DNA of 64,000 bases from Clostridia bacterium. GTDB taxonomy: Bacteria; Bacillota; Clostridia; TANB77; CAG-508. This document shows positions 44,101 to 53,855 of this stretch, in pieces (within the stretch, counting starts at the first letter, position 1; every line of letters starts with the position of its first letter). A model generated the notes under the pieces. The model saw only the letters and a program-made list of their open reading frames with translations, did not search any database and had not been told where the DNA came from. The stretch spans positions 133 to 64,132 of the forward strand of contig JAAVYF010000045.1 in the NCBI GenBank assembly GCA_022790975.1, read 5' to 3'. A program made the position numbers and the translations under genes.

Positions 44101-45693
44101 ATAAATATCTTCATTTGCATATACTTTATAAACTGCATTTTCTAGTGTTGCATCTCCTTGTGCTACAGAACCTGTTTTGCTATCTTTCTTTACTATTGAT
44201 ATTGTTCCTGTAGGTTCTTCGTTTACAACACCCTCAATTTTAATTTCTACAACTGGTGTATTTTGGTCTTTATATACTAAATTTGCAGTATATGTTTTTT
44301 CATTTAATAAATAGCCATTTGGTGCTTGTATTTCTTTTACATTATATTTTCCAAGTGGCAAATCATCAATTTGTGCTATACCTGTTCCAGATGCAGTTGT
44401 TATTGTTGCAACTTCTTGACCTTTAGTATAGAATGTCTTACTTCCTGCTTTATTGGTAATATTTTCTGCTGCTGTTACTTTAAATACTGCTCCACCAATT
44501 TTATCGTTATTTTCACTAACTTTATATAAAATAATCTTTCCAGTTGGCTCATTATTTTTTATCGCTTGTGTTGATGTTTGTGCAGCTTTAATTTCTACAT
44601 TATATGTGTCTGTGTTTAGTAAATATCCTTCTGGAGCAGATTTTTCCTTTATAGTATAAGTTCCTCTTTTTAAGTTTTCTACTAGGATTCTACCATTTCT
44701 AACAGTAACATCTTGATTGTAACCATTTGGACCTGTAATATTAAATACAGAACCATCAATTAAATTATTTTCTGTATCTAATTTTGTTAATTCTAATTTT
44801 CCAGTTAAATTTATTTTAAGACTCATTGCCATAGGTACTGGATCATTATAATGTAAAGCATATAATTGATTTTGAATATTATCTGAAAATTCAAAATAAA
44901 TAGTAGTATCGTGATTTTCTGTTCCTTCTTTTACTAATCCCCAAGATTGCATTGTTGCATCTGATATATTTAAATTTTCTACTGTGCAATCTTCTGATAC
45001 AGTAATTGTTAATGTATTTTCTCCTCTGTTATGTTGAAATCTTACATTATCTTTTGAATTATCAATACTTCCATAACTTGCTAATACACCATTTGTGTCT
45101 GTTAACACTTTAGTTTCTCCTGCTTCAATTTCTACTGTTGTAGCATCAAAAGAAGGTCTTTTTTGCATATTATCAATTTGACTATTGATAGTATTTTTAA
45201 AATTTATATATTTATTTTGAACTGATGAATCAATAAATCTTGCAGAACTCTGTCCCAACACTTCCCAAATATATTGTTGTGTCAAAGCATAATCTAATTT
45301 TGCAGTTGCTGACATTCCTCCATCTACAAGATAATCTCCATATTTTGAGTACCATCCAAAGTATGCCACTTTGCAAGCTCTCTTAACTGTTTCTGATGAA
45401 GGAGTATAGTAATTTCCAGAATGTACTACTCCACTTGTTATATCCTTTCCATGTTGACTACAGAAAACTGTTTTTCCTTCTTTTGTAGATGTATTTACTA
45501 ATCTTCTAATTATAATACCATATTCTGTATTTGCATTATCTGTTGTAAAAGCATAAGAAGCAAATTGTCCTGCTGCCCAACTTCCACTACCAGATGCTGC
45601 AAATACTGGACTTATATTGCTTAATACTGTTATTAAAAGCAACAATACTGCAATTATCCTTTTATTTAAAATAAAATTTTTAATATTTTTCAC
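41176..45693 (-). CDS. SpaA/Cna-B repeat surface adhesin, sortase-anchored
   Basis: Signal peptide; repeated YxLxExxAPxGY units; C-terminal sorting-signal-like IQTG + TM + RKK. Confidence 0.85.
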   Translation of the reverse strand: MKNIKNFILNKRIIAVLLLLITVLSNISPVFAASGSGSWAAGQFASYAFTTDNANTEYGIIIRRLVNTSTKEGKTVFCSQHGKDITSGVVHSGNYYTPSSETVKRACKVAYFGWYSKYGDYLVDGGMSATAKLDYALTQQYIWEVLGQSSARFIDSSVQNKYINFKNTINSQIDNMQKRPSFDATTVEIEAGETKVLTDTNGVLASYGSIDNSKDNVRFQHNRGENTLTITVSEDCTVENLNISDATMQSWGLVKEGTENHDTTIYFEFSDNIQNQLYALHYNDPVPMAMSLKINLTGKLELTKLDTENNLIDGSVFNITGPNGYNQDVTVRNGRILVENLKRGTYTIKEKSAPEGYLLNTDTYNVEIKAAQTSTQAIKNNEPTGKIILYKVSENNDKIGGAVFKVTAAENITNKAGSKTFYTKGQEVATITTASGTGIAQIDDLPLGKYNVKEIQAPNGYLLNEKTYTANLVYKDQNTPVVEIKIEGVVNEEPTGTISIVKKDSKTGSVAQGDATLENAVYKVYANEDIYNVAKSKKFYSKGDLVATRNTNKSGDCEDVTELPLGKYLVKEEVAPIGYLIDKKEYEVNLKYKDQYTKIITGNANSTDKVKEMRIHIYKSGIKVDSGKVPGLEGAEFTIKLNNAVQRAYDKGYTYAEVWGGIDEEGNSVTVDSKRVAEAQVIAPTYEAIVTNENGDAYTTNPLPYGKFIVKETKTPKDYESAADFTFSITDDESEIQDVAQKVKDLIVNNEQLETYIKLIKKDKTSGKIVSLNNATFQIKATKDIYDRATNKILYKKGEVITQKIGSTTYNSFTTNADNVVVPANSYNNKGDSIGSVVTPLKLEVGTYEITEIKIPEGFLQLDAPVQFKVEGVRDYDKDQDGDFIKEVIVKNEQPTGTLIIDKSIALRKDADTSLVDTSDLSGIQFKLTAKEDIKDWADGSTIYKKGQEVKTYNLDKNGDLKVEKLPMGKYELQEVRTLDGLVLNDKIYDIEFIKQDDVTKVYTETREIENDTTFVEFSKTDITGEKELEGAKLTILDKEGNVIDSWTSTDKTHKVEGLVVGKSYILREEIAPDGFVRATDAEFKIENTKELQKVTMIDKIVDMTKKNFAGEEVEGAKMQVLDKEGNIVDEWISGKEAHKISNLIEGEKYILHEETAPEGYVLATNIEFEVTLEKDTQHEEMIDKIVNMSKTDIGGEEIEGAKIQVFDKNNELVDEWESGKEPHIIKNLVENETYTLHEEITPEGYVKATDVTFTVTLDKATQCEAMIDKVVEITKTDLTNGKELEGAELTVTDEEGNVIDEWISGKESHIVIGLEEGKKYTLIEKTAPYGYEIAESIEFEVSLDKDTQIIEMKDMPIFSSVRVEKLDKDTKEHIKSNKFVFGIYEDEACTKLIKEAGADEYEGTALFDELRYGTYYIKEIKAPTGYRLSDQVVKIEISDKGVFADGISLEEKDGIYSFEYFNSLLPKIQTGNETNYILLGSLAAISLLGIVGGIIVLRKKHNEK

Positions 45694-45780
45694 TTTAAAA
45701 ATCTCCTTTACTCTTTAATTTTTGTAAAAAAATAAAGAGCCCTATGAATTTTACCTTTTATAGCATTAATTCATAAGACT

Positions 45781-46347
45781 CTAATAAAAAATTACTCTCA
45801 TTCCTAAATAAACTCCATCATCATCTTGGATTGGTACACACTCACCACTAAAATCATAAGATTTCAAATATTCTTGTGCTGCTTGTGTTACATTTTCCAT
45901 ATTATATCCTTGTGTAAATAGAAAGTCTTTATTTTTAGGCTTTTCTTTTGTAGTTTTATCTTTATTTTCATTTGATACTGTTGCAGTTTGTGTATTTTCG
46001 TTATGACTTTCTTTAGTATCTTGCTTTGCATTTTCCTCTTTTGGAACTGATTTATCATCTTCTTTTGTTGTTTCATCTACTTTATTTTGATTTTCTGCTT
46101 TTTCATCAACTGTACTATTTTCAATTTCGGAAGTAGTTTCTTCATCAGTAACATTTTCATTGATGATATTTATTTCATTATCTTTTTGTATAGAATTATC
46201 TGTGGGTATAGATTTCTTATATTTAGAATAAGATCCATAAAAGAGAATAGTTGCTATGATAATTACGGAAAAAACAATAATGATGATTTTCTTTTTTCTC
46301 GCATCTTTTAAATAAAGTTCTAATATTTTTTTATCCTGCTCATTCAT
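45781..46347 (-). CDS. Membrane-anchored hypothetical protein
   Basis: N-terminal TM followed by a low-complexity linker. Confidence 0.6.
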   Translation of the reverse strand: MNEQDKKILELYLKDARKKKIIIIVFSVIIIATILFYGSYSKYKKSIPTDNSIQKDNEINIINENVTDEETTSEIENSTVDEKAENQNKVDETTKEDDKSVPKEENAKQDTKESHNENTQTATVSNENKDKTTKEKPKNKDFLFTQGYNMENVTQAAQEYLKSYDFSGECVPIQDDDGVYLGMRVIFY

Positions 46348-46543
46348 TATTTTTTACCTCTGTTGAATTTGTTAAATCATTAAACTTCTTTTCCAACCTA
46401 TCATATTCTCTTTTAAGATTTGTATAATTTTTTATTTCAATATCAATATCATCAATTTTCTTTTGTAAATCAGATTGTTCTGTGACCAGTTTTGCTTTGT
46501 CCCTTTTCAATCTTTCTAGTTTCCTTAACACTTTTTTTATCAT
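46340..46543 (-). CDS. Small coiled-coil protein
   Basis: MIKKVLRKLE... start after a GGGAGG RBS. Confidence 0.5.
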   Translation of the reverse strand: MIKKVLRKLERLKRDKAKLVTEQSDLQKKIDDIDIEIKNYTNLKREYDRLEKKFNDLTNSTEVKNNE

Positions 46544-46602
46544 AGTTTCCTCCCATAAAAAAAGAGCCAAGAAATTAATCTTGACTTTTATTAGTTTTGT
46601 TT

Positions 46603-47292
46603 TTATCTGTAATAGAAATTTACAGTCCACTTACCACAATACATACAATCCCATACTTCATATCCAGAAGGACAGTTTTTATAATATGTATCATTATCTA
46701 TTTGGCTATTCTCCCATTTTTCTCCCCAGTATGCAATTTTTTGATTGTAATATGCAATAGCTTCACTTTTAGAGTTAAACCATTTTCCAGAGTTTCCAAT
46801 ACTCATAGAGTGATTATTGTTATTTGTGCATCTTTCTAATTTTGGTTCTGTTTTACTTTCTTCTGGCTTACTTTGATTATTAGATGCTGTAGAACTAGGT
46901 TGTGATGATGCTACTTGTGGTGTAGATGTACTTTGCTTTACAGTTTCTTTCTTTTGTGTATTTGAATTATTATTTGATGAACTGCTCTTTGTTTGAGTAG
47001 ATGTTTGTGTAGTTGATGTAGTTGGTTGAGTTACATCTGTAGTTTCATTACTTGCTTCAATAACTGTGTTATCCATATTTTCTTCAACTGAATTATTTTG
47101 AACTTCATTAACTACTGTATTTGTATCATCTTCAATAGAATTTATTATATTTTCTGGTATAGAACTTACTTGAATAGTATCTTCATTTTGTGCCTGACTG
47201 TCATTCCTATAAAAAATAAAATATACACTTGCTAAAACCATAAGAATGACTAATATTAGAATTGTTATTATAAAAAGGATTCTCTTTTTCAT
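46603..47292 (-). CDS. Membrane-anchored Ser/Thr-rich protein with a Cys-containing C-terminal domain
   Basis: TM, S/T-rich linker, CPSGYEVWDCMYCG. Confidence 0.6.
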   Translation of the reverse strand: MKKRILFIITILILVILMVLASVYFIFYRNDSQAQNEDTIQVSSIPENIINSIEDDTNTVVNEVQNNSVEENMDNTVIEASNETTDVTQPTTSTTQTSTQTKSSSSNNNSNTQKKETVKQSTSTPQVASSQPSSTASNNQSKPEESKTEPKLERCTNNNNHSMSIGNSGKWFNSKSEAIAYYNQKIAYWGEKWENSQIDNDTYYKNCPSGYEVWDCMYCGKWTVNFYYR

Positions 47293-47362
47293 AATAGTCC
47301 ACCTCCTAATATTATAATAACGTCATTTTTAAAATTTGTCAGCACATTTTCCACATTTTTTT

Positions 47363-48100
47363 CTAAATTTTGATAAGATTTGCAATAATATAGTATCTCT
47401 GATCAGTAGGACTTGTTTTTGCATTTATGTATGAACAAGTTGATAACTTAACTATTTTATTGATTTTCTCATCATTTTCAATATAATATTTACTTGCTTT
47501 TTTGTAATAATCTATTCTTTCGTTGAAATCTAACTTTTTTATATTATTACTTTCAGTTTCAATTCCAATAGAATAAATACTAAATACTGTTGCTTCATAA
47601 TTACAACTAGATGTATATATTTTAAATTTAATATGTGAATCAAAGAAATTCTTATTCCAATAATTACTTAAATTTGAAAACATACTTCCATTCCTCATAT
47701 TATGCCCATACACAATCGTTTCTGCATCTTCAAATGGATTTGTGTTAGTTGTAAATATTGAACCATTACTATTATATTTCTTGTCAAATGAATGTTTTAA
47801 ATAATAAATGTCCTTATCTTTTAGAATTGGATAATTTATATTTGTACCTTCAATTTCAATCCAAGCCACAATGTCCTCATTTACCGATTTTAGATAATCC
47901 CAATCAATATATTTCTCTCGTGTTTTTTCATTTATTTCTATGGATTCCTCAATCAAGTTGTCTGTAGATTCATTGTTTTCTTTCAATTCTCCCATATCTT
48001 TTAATACAGAATACATACATAAAGCAAAGATTATCATAGATATAGAAATTATAACTATTGCTAATATTTTCTTACATCTCATAATCTTTATCCTTTTCAT
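47363..48100 (-). CDS. srtB: Class B sortase
   Basis: YGHNMRNGSMFSNL, KLSTC and a conserved Arg. Confidence 0.85.
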   Translation of the reverse strand: MKRIKIMRCKKILAIVIISISMIIFALCMYSVLKDMGELKENNESTDNLIEESIEINEKTREKYIDWDYLKSVNEDIVAWIEIEGTNINYPILKDKDIYYLKHSFDKKYNSNGSIFTTNTNPFEDAETIVYGHNMRNGSMFSNLSNYWNKNFFDSHIKFKIYTSSCNYEATVFSIYSIGIETESNNIKKLDFNERIDYYKKASKYYIENDEKINKIVKLSTCSYINAKTSPTDQRYYIIANLIKI

Positions 48101-48395
48101 TTTGTAACTTATGTTGTGTTTGTATCACTAATTCATCATAAGTATTATCTTCTTCAAACCATAATGAAACTGATTGTTCCATATAGCGTCCATCTAAATA
48201 TCTTTCGTATGAAGTTTCATCTTCATCAATACAGTAATCTTTCATATCTAATTCTTCTTGTTGTTCTTTTAGACTTTCTAATTGTTTTTTATAAAACTCT
48301 AGTGCTTTTTCTTTATCAAAGAATGTTGTTATCTTTACTGTATGATCAGATTCATCAATGTCAATACTTGTAAATATTATTCTATAAATTTTCAT
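48072..48395 (-). CDS. Hypothetical ICE protein
   Basis: 107 aa; tail KDYEM. Confidence 0.6.
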   Translation of the reverse strand: MKIYRIIFTSIDIDESDHTVKITTFFDKEKALEFYKKQLESLKEQQEELDMKDYCIDEDETSYERYLDGRYMEQSVSLWFEEDNTYDELVIQTQHKLQNEKDKDYEM

Positions 48396-48475
48396 AGAAT
48401 TTCTCTCCTTCCTTTTAGTATTTTGATATTTTTTACTTATGGATATGGCATAAGTATCACCTCCTTAACTTTAAA

Positions 48476-49285
48476 TTAAATTTCTATTTCACTATTATCT
48501 GGCATAAAAAAAGAAGGTGTTTCTAGTTCCTTCGTTAATTCATTTTCTATACTTTTATAATAATAGTTAATAAAATTTTCAATTTGATTTGTTGTTCCTT
48601 TATATTCATTTTCTCGATTTTTACATTCATTATAAAGTTGTATCAATTTATCTCTACTTACTTTATTTGTTAAGTGGAATAATCTGTTTTTTACAATTAG
48701 TGCAATACTATATGTTAGTTCTTTAATTTTTTGTAAATTATCTTTAGCCATATATGATATGGATTCTTTAGAATAAAACATTTCATATCTTTTTAATGCT
48801 ACAATTATTTCACTATATTCTACATCTGAAAATTCTTCTGGAACTTCATTTTCTTTATCTATTATATAATTAAATAATCTATCTATCTTATCATTATTTA
48901 TATTATTATTACTTATATTATTATATTGTCCTTTTTGTGACATACCCTCTGTCTTATTTGTGATAGAGGGGTATGTTTTATTTATGACATAGGGTACATC
49001 ATTTGGATAAATTCTCCTTTGTATAACCTCTCCCTTATCATTTTTGATAATATCTAAACAAACAAATCCTAGTTCTCTTAAATGAGAAACCCAAATTGAA
49101 ACTGTATGAGGTTGTACTTTTAGTAAATTTGCTAAATATTTATTTGATGCAAAGCAATATCCTTCTTTATTTGATAATACTGTTATAAGTGCATATAGCA
49201 ATTTTTCATTTGCTTTAATCTTTTCATTAAATAAAACTGTTGATGGAATGATTGCATAATATCCAATCTTATTTTCTTCATTCAT
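48476..49285 (-). CDS. Helix-turn-helix replication-initiator-like protein
   Basis: YYAIIPSTV...KLLYALI...EGYCFASNKYLA...VSIWVSHLRELGF (phage/ICE Rep HTH type). Confidence 0.7.
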   Translation of the reverse strand: MNEENKIGYYAIIPSTVLFNEKIKANEKLLYALITVLSNKEGYCFASNKYLANLLKVQPHTVSIWVSHLRELGFVCLDIIKNDKGEVIQRRIYPNDVPYVINKTYPSITNKTEGMSQKGQYNNISNNNINNDKIDRLFNYIIDKENEVPEEFSDVEYSEIIVALKRYEMFYSKESISYMAKDNLQKIKELTYSIALIVKNRLFHLTNKVSRDKLIQLYNECKNRENEYKGTTNQIENFINYYYKSIENELTKELETPSFFMPDNSEIEI

Positions 49286-49379
49286 TCCATAAATCACTCC
49301 TTTTGCCTATAATAATCATTGCATATAAAAAAAGCGATACACTAGCACCAATAAATAGACCTAATATAAACTGCCACAT
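49278..49379 (-). CDS. DUF3789-like small membrane peptide (not in the ORF track)
   Basis: MWQFILGLFIGASVSLFLYAMIIIGKRSDLWNE; GGAGGTG RBS. Confidence 0.5.
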   Translation of the reverse strand: MWQFILGLFIGASVSLFLYAMIIIGKRSDLWNE

Positions 49380-49403
49380 TTTATTCCACCTCCATTTTTG
49401 CAT

Positions 49404-49450
49404 TAAAAAAAGAGCCTCCATATCAAATCTAAATTTGATACTTCTGGCTC
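49404..49450 (-). terminator. Intrinsic terminator after the type-2 valS
   Basis: Long stem GAGCC...TATCAAAT/ATTTGATA...GGCTC followed by a U-tract. Confidence 0.7.
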
Positions 49451-49460
49451 AATTTATTTA

Positions 49461-51881
49461 TTATTCTTTTTCTTCTAAATCTAATTCTATATCATAAACT
49501 TCATAATCTTTATCAATTACTTTTGTTTCTAAATTTTCAATGAATAGAGTAGCTTTAAAATCTTTTATTGATTTCTCTATAGCATCTTTTAATTCTTCAC
49601 TTGCTCCTATTGATAATTTCTTTATAGGAGTTTTTAATGATACATTGTTATTTGTTTTTGCTCCTCTAGCTTGACTTATAATTTCTATCATTTGATTTCC
49701 TAATTCTATTTCCTTGTTAAAATCATAATCCAAAGGTTTTATTTCTGTAGTGTGAATAGAAGGATGGCTATGATATAGTTCTTGGAAAATTTCTTCTGTT
49801 ATGAATGGGAAGAATATACTAAAGTCTTGTAATAACTTATATAATAATGTATATACTGTTTTTTGCCCACTATATCTTGGTATATCTCCAAATTCTTCTG
49901 GTCTATATAATCTATGTTTTACAATTTCTATATAGTTATCACAGAACTCCCAGAAAAACTTTTCTAATATATTCAAAGCTAATCCAACTTCATATTCTTC
50001 TAAATAGTCAATAAATTGTTTTTCCATTTCTTGAAAGCGACCTAATATCCATTTATCAACATATTCAAAATCTTTAAATTCTTTATCTTCATAATCTGTT
50101 AAGTGCATTTCGATAAATTTAGAAACATTCCAAATTTTATTTACTAATTTCTTTCCACGAAGTAATGTTTCTTCACTAAACACAATATCTGTTCCTAATC
50201 TACCTGTTCCTGCCCAATATCTAATTACATCAGCAGAATATTGTTTTATTAAATCCATTGGTTCGTGTTTGCTATTACCTTTACTCTTACTTATTTTTTC
50301 ACCTTTGTTAGCCATAACAAAACCAGAAATCATTACATTATCCCAAGGTCTTTGTCCGAAATGATAAAAGCTCTTAACGATTGTATAGAAATCCCAAGTT
50401 CTAATAATTTCACTTGCATTTGTTCTTAAACTCATAGGTTTTAAAATATCTTCATAATTTTCTTTTTCTCCATATTTCATATTGATAAGTGGAGTTACAG
50501 AAGATGTTGCCCAAGTGTCCATTACATCTGTTTCTGCTTCAAATTCTTTGCAGCCACATTTAGGACATTTATCAACTTTTGGTAAATCTACTAATGGATT
50601 AACTGGTAAATCTTCAACATTTGCAAATATAGGTTCACCACATTCTTTACAATACCATACTGGGAATGGAACTCCGAAATATCTTTGTCTTGATATGCAC
50701 CAATCCCAAGCAACATTATTTACCCATTCATCATATCTAGAGTGCATATATGATGGATGCCATTTAATTTCATTTCCTATTCTAATGAAATCTTCTTTGT
50801 GATTCATTATATCAATAAACCATTGTTTCATTACTGAATATTCAACTTCTTTTCCACATCTTTCGTGTGTTTGAACTTCGTGTTCTAGTTCTTCTATTTT
50901 TACTATATATCCCCCAGCTTGCAAATCTTCGATTATTTGTTTTCTTGCCTCTTTTATTTTTAATCCACCATAGTTTGGAACTGAATCAATTATTCTTCCA
51001 TTGTCTGTGAAAATATATTTTAATGGTAAATTATATTTTTTCCACCATTCAATATCTGTTTGATCTCCAAAAGTACAACACATAACAACTCCTGTACCTT
51101 TGTCTATAGCAACTTTTTCATCTCCCATTATAGGAACTTCTACATCTATAACTGGAATATGAGCAGTTTTTCCTATTAGATGATTATGTTTCTCATCTTC
51201 TGGATTAACAAATACACATACAATGGCTGGTAATAATTCTGGTCTAGTTGTAGCAATAGTAAATTCTTCATTATCTTCAACAGTTCTAAAATTAACATAG
51301 TTAAAAGTTGTTTTTATTGTTTTTGTTTCTAATTCTGCTTGTGCTATTGATGTTAAACATTCATTACACCATAATGCTGGACTTTCTTTATGATAACAAT
51401 GTCCTTTTTCTTTTAAATCTAAAAATGATGCTTGGCTTATTTTTATAGTAGAAGGACTAACTGTTTTATAATGTATATCCCAATCTGTACTTACTCCCAT
51501 TTTACTAAATAACTCTTGGAAGTTAGCTTCATATTTATCAGTAGTTTCATAGCATAATTTTGAAAATTCTTCTCTACCAATTTCGTGAGCTCTTTTACCT
51601 TGTTCTTTTTCTACTAATCTTTCACTAGGTAATCCATTATCATCAAACCCAAATGGATAAAAAATGTTATATCCTCTTAATCTTTTATATCTAGCCAACA
51701 TTTCCGTTTGAGTATATGAGAATATATGTCCTATATGTATTTTTCCATTAACAGTTGGTGGTGGTGTATCTATTGAATATACTTCTTTGTCATTTCTTTT
51801 AAATTCATAAATTTTATTATCTTTCCAGTAGTCTAGCCACTTCTTTTCTTTTTCCTCTGCATTATATTTTTTATCTAACAT
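49461..51881 (-). CDS. valS: Valine--tRNA ligase, type 2 (archaeal-like), complete
   Basis: [38 protein letters not shown]; 806 aa with no C-terminal coiled coil. Confidence 0.85.
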   Translation of the reverse strand: MLDKKYNAEEKEKKWLDYWKDNKIYEFKRNDKEVYSIDTPPPTVNGKIHIGHIFSYTQTEMLARYKRLRGYNIFYPFGFDDNGLPSERLVEKEQGKRAHEIGREEFSKLCYETTDKYEANFQELFSKMGVSTDWDIHYKTVSPSTIKISQASFLDLKEKGHCYHKESPALWCNECLTSIAQAELETKTIKTTFNYVNFRTVEDNEEFTIATTRPELLPAIVCVFVNPEDEKHNHLIGKTAHIPVIDVEVPIMGDEKVAIDKGTGVVMCCTFGDQTDIEWWKKYNLPLKYIFTDNGRIIDSVPNYGGLKIKEARKQIIEDLQAGGYIVKIEELEHEVQTHERCGKEVEYSVMKQWFIDIMNHKEDFIRIGNEIKWHPSYMHSRYDEWVNNVAWDWCISRQRYFGVPFPVWYCKECGEPIFANVEDLPVNPLVDLPKVDKCPKCGCKEFEAETDVMDTWATSSVTPLINMKYGEKENYEDILKPMSLRTNASEIIRTWDFYTIVKSFYHFGQRPWDNVMISGFVMANKGEKISKSKGNSKHEPMDLIKQYSADVIRYWAGTGRLGTDIVFSEETLLRGKKLVNKIWNVSKFIEMHLTDYEDKEFKDFEYVDKWILGRFQEMEKQFIDYLEEYEVGLALNILEKFFWEFCDNYIEIVKHRLYRPEEFGDIPRYSGQKTVYTLLYKLLQDFSIFFPFITEEIFQELYHSHPSIHTTEIKPLDYDFNKEIELGNQMIEIISQARGAKTNNNVSLKTPIKKLSIGASEELKDAIEKSIKDFKATLFIENLETKVIDKDYEVYDIELDLEEKE

Positions 51882-52843
51882 ACTACTAACTCCCTTCTAT
51901 TCTCATTAAAATAATTAGTTATCAATTCCACAAACCTCTTTAATTTCAAATGTTTCAAGATTTGTGTACCAAATGGTGTAACATTAACACAACCTGTTCC
52001 AAATTCCATTTCAACAAACTCATCTTCTATAATTGGAATTTCTTTATTCATAATTGGAAGAATACAAGTTTTTCCAACTAAATTAGAATATCTTTTATCA
52101 TCTGGATGAACAGCAACTGCTGTATCTCCAAGCATTGTTTCTGGTCTTGTTGTAGCTACTTCTATATATTCATTTTCTGTTCCTGTAATTTTATAACGAA
52201 TATGCCATAAATGTGAAGCTTCTTCTTTATATTCAACTTCCGCATCTGATATTGAAGTGTTACAACTAGTACACCAATTTACCATACGTTTACCTTTATA
52301 TATTAATCCTTTTTTATAAAGAGTAACAAACTGTTCTAAAACACTATCTGACATTCCTTCATCTAAAGTAAATCTACTTCTTTCCCAGTCACAAGAGCAA
52401 CCTAATTTTCTTTGTTGTTTTTGAATAATTCCACCATATTCATGAGTCCAATTCCAAGCTTCTTCTAAAAACTTTTCTCTTCCTAAATCTTTTTTTGTTT
52501 TTCCTTCACTTGCCAATTTTTGTACAACTTTCATTTCAGTTGAAATTGAAGCATGGTCTGTACCAGGAAGCCAAAGAGTATTAAATCCTCTCATTCTTTT
52601 ATATCTTATTAAAATATCTTGAATTGTACCATCTAGACTATGTCCCATATGTAGTTTTCCAGTAACATTTGGAGGTGGCATCATAATACAATAATTTTCT
52701 TTATTTTTGTCCATAGATGGCTTAAAATAACCTTTTTCTTCCCACTTTTTATATAGTCTGTCTTCAAAATCTTTTGGATTAAAATTTCCCTCTAATTTTT
52801 TATTTTCCATAATATACCTCCTTAAAATCAAAAAATCCTCCAC
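51875..52843 (-). pseudogene. valS: Truncated type-1 (bacterial) valS, N-terminal ~290 aa only
   Basis: [27 protein letters not shown]. Homology ends at GTGCVNVTP (expected ...TPAHDP), followed by an unrelated tail. No KMSKS. Confidence 0.75.
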
Positions 52844-53118
52844 CCCAAATAAGGGCGAAGGATAAAATTCACGGTACCACCTTAATTCATCTTAGACTTA
52901 AATTTTTTATTTTAACTACAAAGTTATAAAGTCTCAAAAAAAATTAAAATCTAAAATCTTAAAAGTTTTTAACGTTACTTAAACGAACTTGCTTAAAGTT
53001 ATTTTCAGCTAGTCAGCTCCAAAGCTACATTCAGTTCATCTTATCATAAGAAGCTCACAGCGCACCACTTCTTTTCTCTACTCTGACAGTCTTAAACTTA
53101 CTCCTCTTCTTCATTGCC
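52810..53118 (-). promoter_or_regulatory. T-box riboswitch (Val)
   Basis: AAGGTGGTACCGTG T-box core at about 52870-52883, downstream terminator, candidate GTA specifier, AGAGA/GCTG stem I motifs. Confidence 0.8.
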
Positions 53119-53462
53119 ATTTTTATATTATGTTAATATTTTACCATATGCCTACAAATACGTCAAGAACTTTCAAAAACTTTTGGAACTTTCGGGGACG
53201 GTTCCAAAAAGTTCAGAAAGTTCATTTTTTTGTTGCTTTGTCTAATTCTTCGGCTCTCTTTTTTTGTTCGTCTAAAGCTAGCCAAGCAAAATATGTTGGA
53301 ACAAATTCCCCAAAATTTTTATTTTTATCTTTTTCATCCATAAAAAACTCATACCTTTCTTAAATAAAGATAGTATGAGTTTTTATTTAAAATTTATTCA
53401 AAATTTCATTTATAAATTTTTGGCATAATATAATAATTAATAATTTACAAAATTAATTTAAA

Positions 53463-53846
53463 TTAAATTAATCCAAATGTTGTTCCAATTAATATAACTG
53501 TTGTAACAATTCCCATTATTACTAGTGGAATTACCCATAATTTTATAAGAGATATATGTTTTTTAAATATTTGATAATTTTTTCCATCTCTTTCTAATGC
53601 ATTTTTTATTATTGCATCCATTAAACATATAAAAAAGACTGAACACATTGTAAATGCATAATTTCTTGAACCTGATGAATATATTAAAATAAATATTATT
53701 TGAAATGATAATGTACAACTAAATAAAATATACCAAATAAATATACTTTTTATATCATTTTTAGTTATACCAGTATTTGCAGCTATAACTCCCTCATACA
53801 ATTTATCCATTGTTTTTTTACTTTTCACTTTTTTCTCCTTTTTCAT
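53463..53846 (-). CDS. Hypothetical membrane protein
   Basis: Three hydrophobic helices. Confidence 0.6.
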   Translation of the reverse strand: MKKEKKVKSKKTMDKLYEGVIAANTGITKNDIKSIFIWYILFSCTLSFQIIFILIYSSGSRNYAFTMCSVFFICLMDAIIKNALERDGKNYQIFKKHISLIKLWVIPLVIMGIVTTVILIGTTFGLI

Positions 53847-53855
53847 TTGTTATTT

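Larger units (their letters stand above)
5552..49390 (-). mobile_element. Integrative conjugative element (MOBP relaxase, Firmicutes-type T4SS); left boundary uncertain
   Basis: Co-oriented relaxase, MobC, VirD4, VirB4, VirB6, PrgI, NlpC/P60, primase, ArdA, sortase/adhesin and HTH Rep. The right edge lies just after the valS terminator. No att repeat or intact integrase was found. Confidence 0.85.

Noticed and set aside
41300-44800. Internal repeats in the 1505-aa protein
   Set aside because: Ordinary Cna-B/SpaA domain repeats
51875-51990. The valS truncation as another CGG shift
   Set aside because: There is no in-frame CGG at the junction, and the sequence I read downstream does not resume type-1 valS, so this is a different event
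53222-53341. 39-aa ORF MDEKDKNK...
   Set aside because: Its upstream region is the terminator hairpin of the preceding gene, and there is no supporting homology
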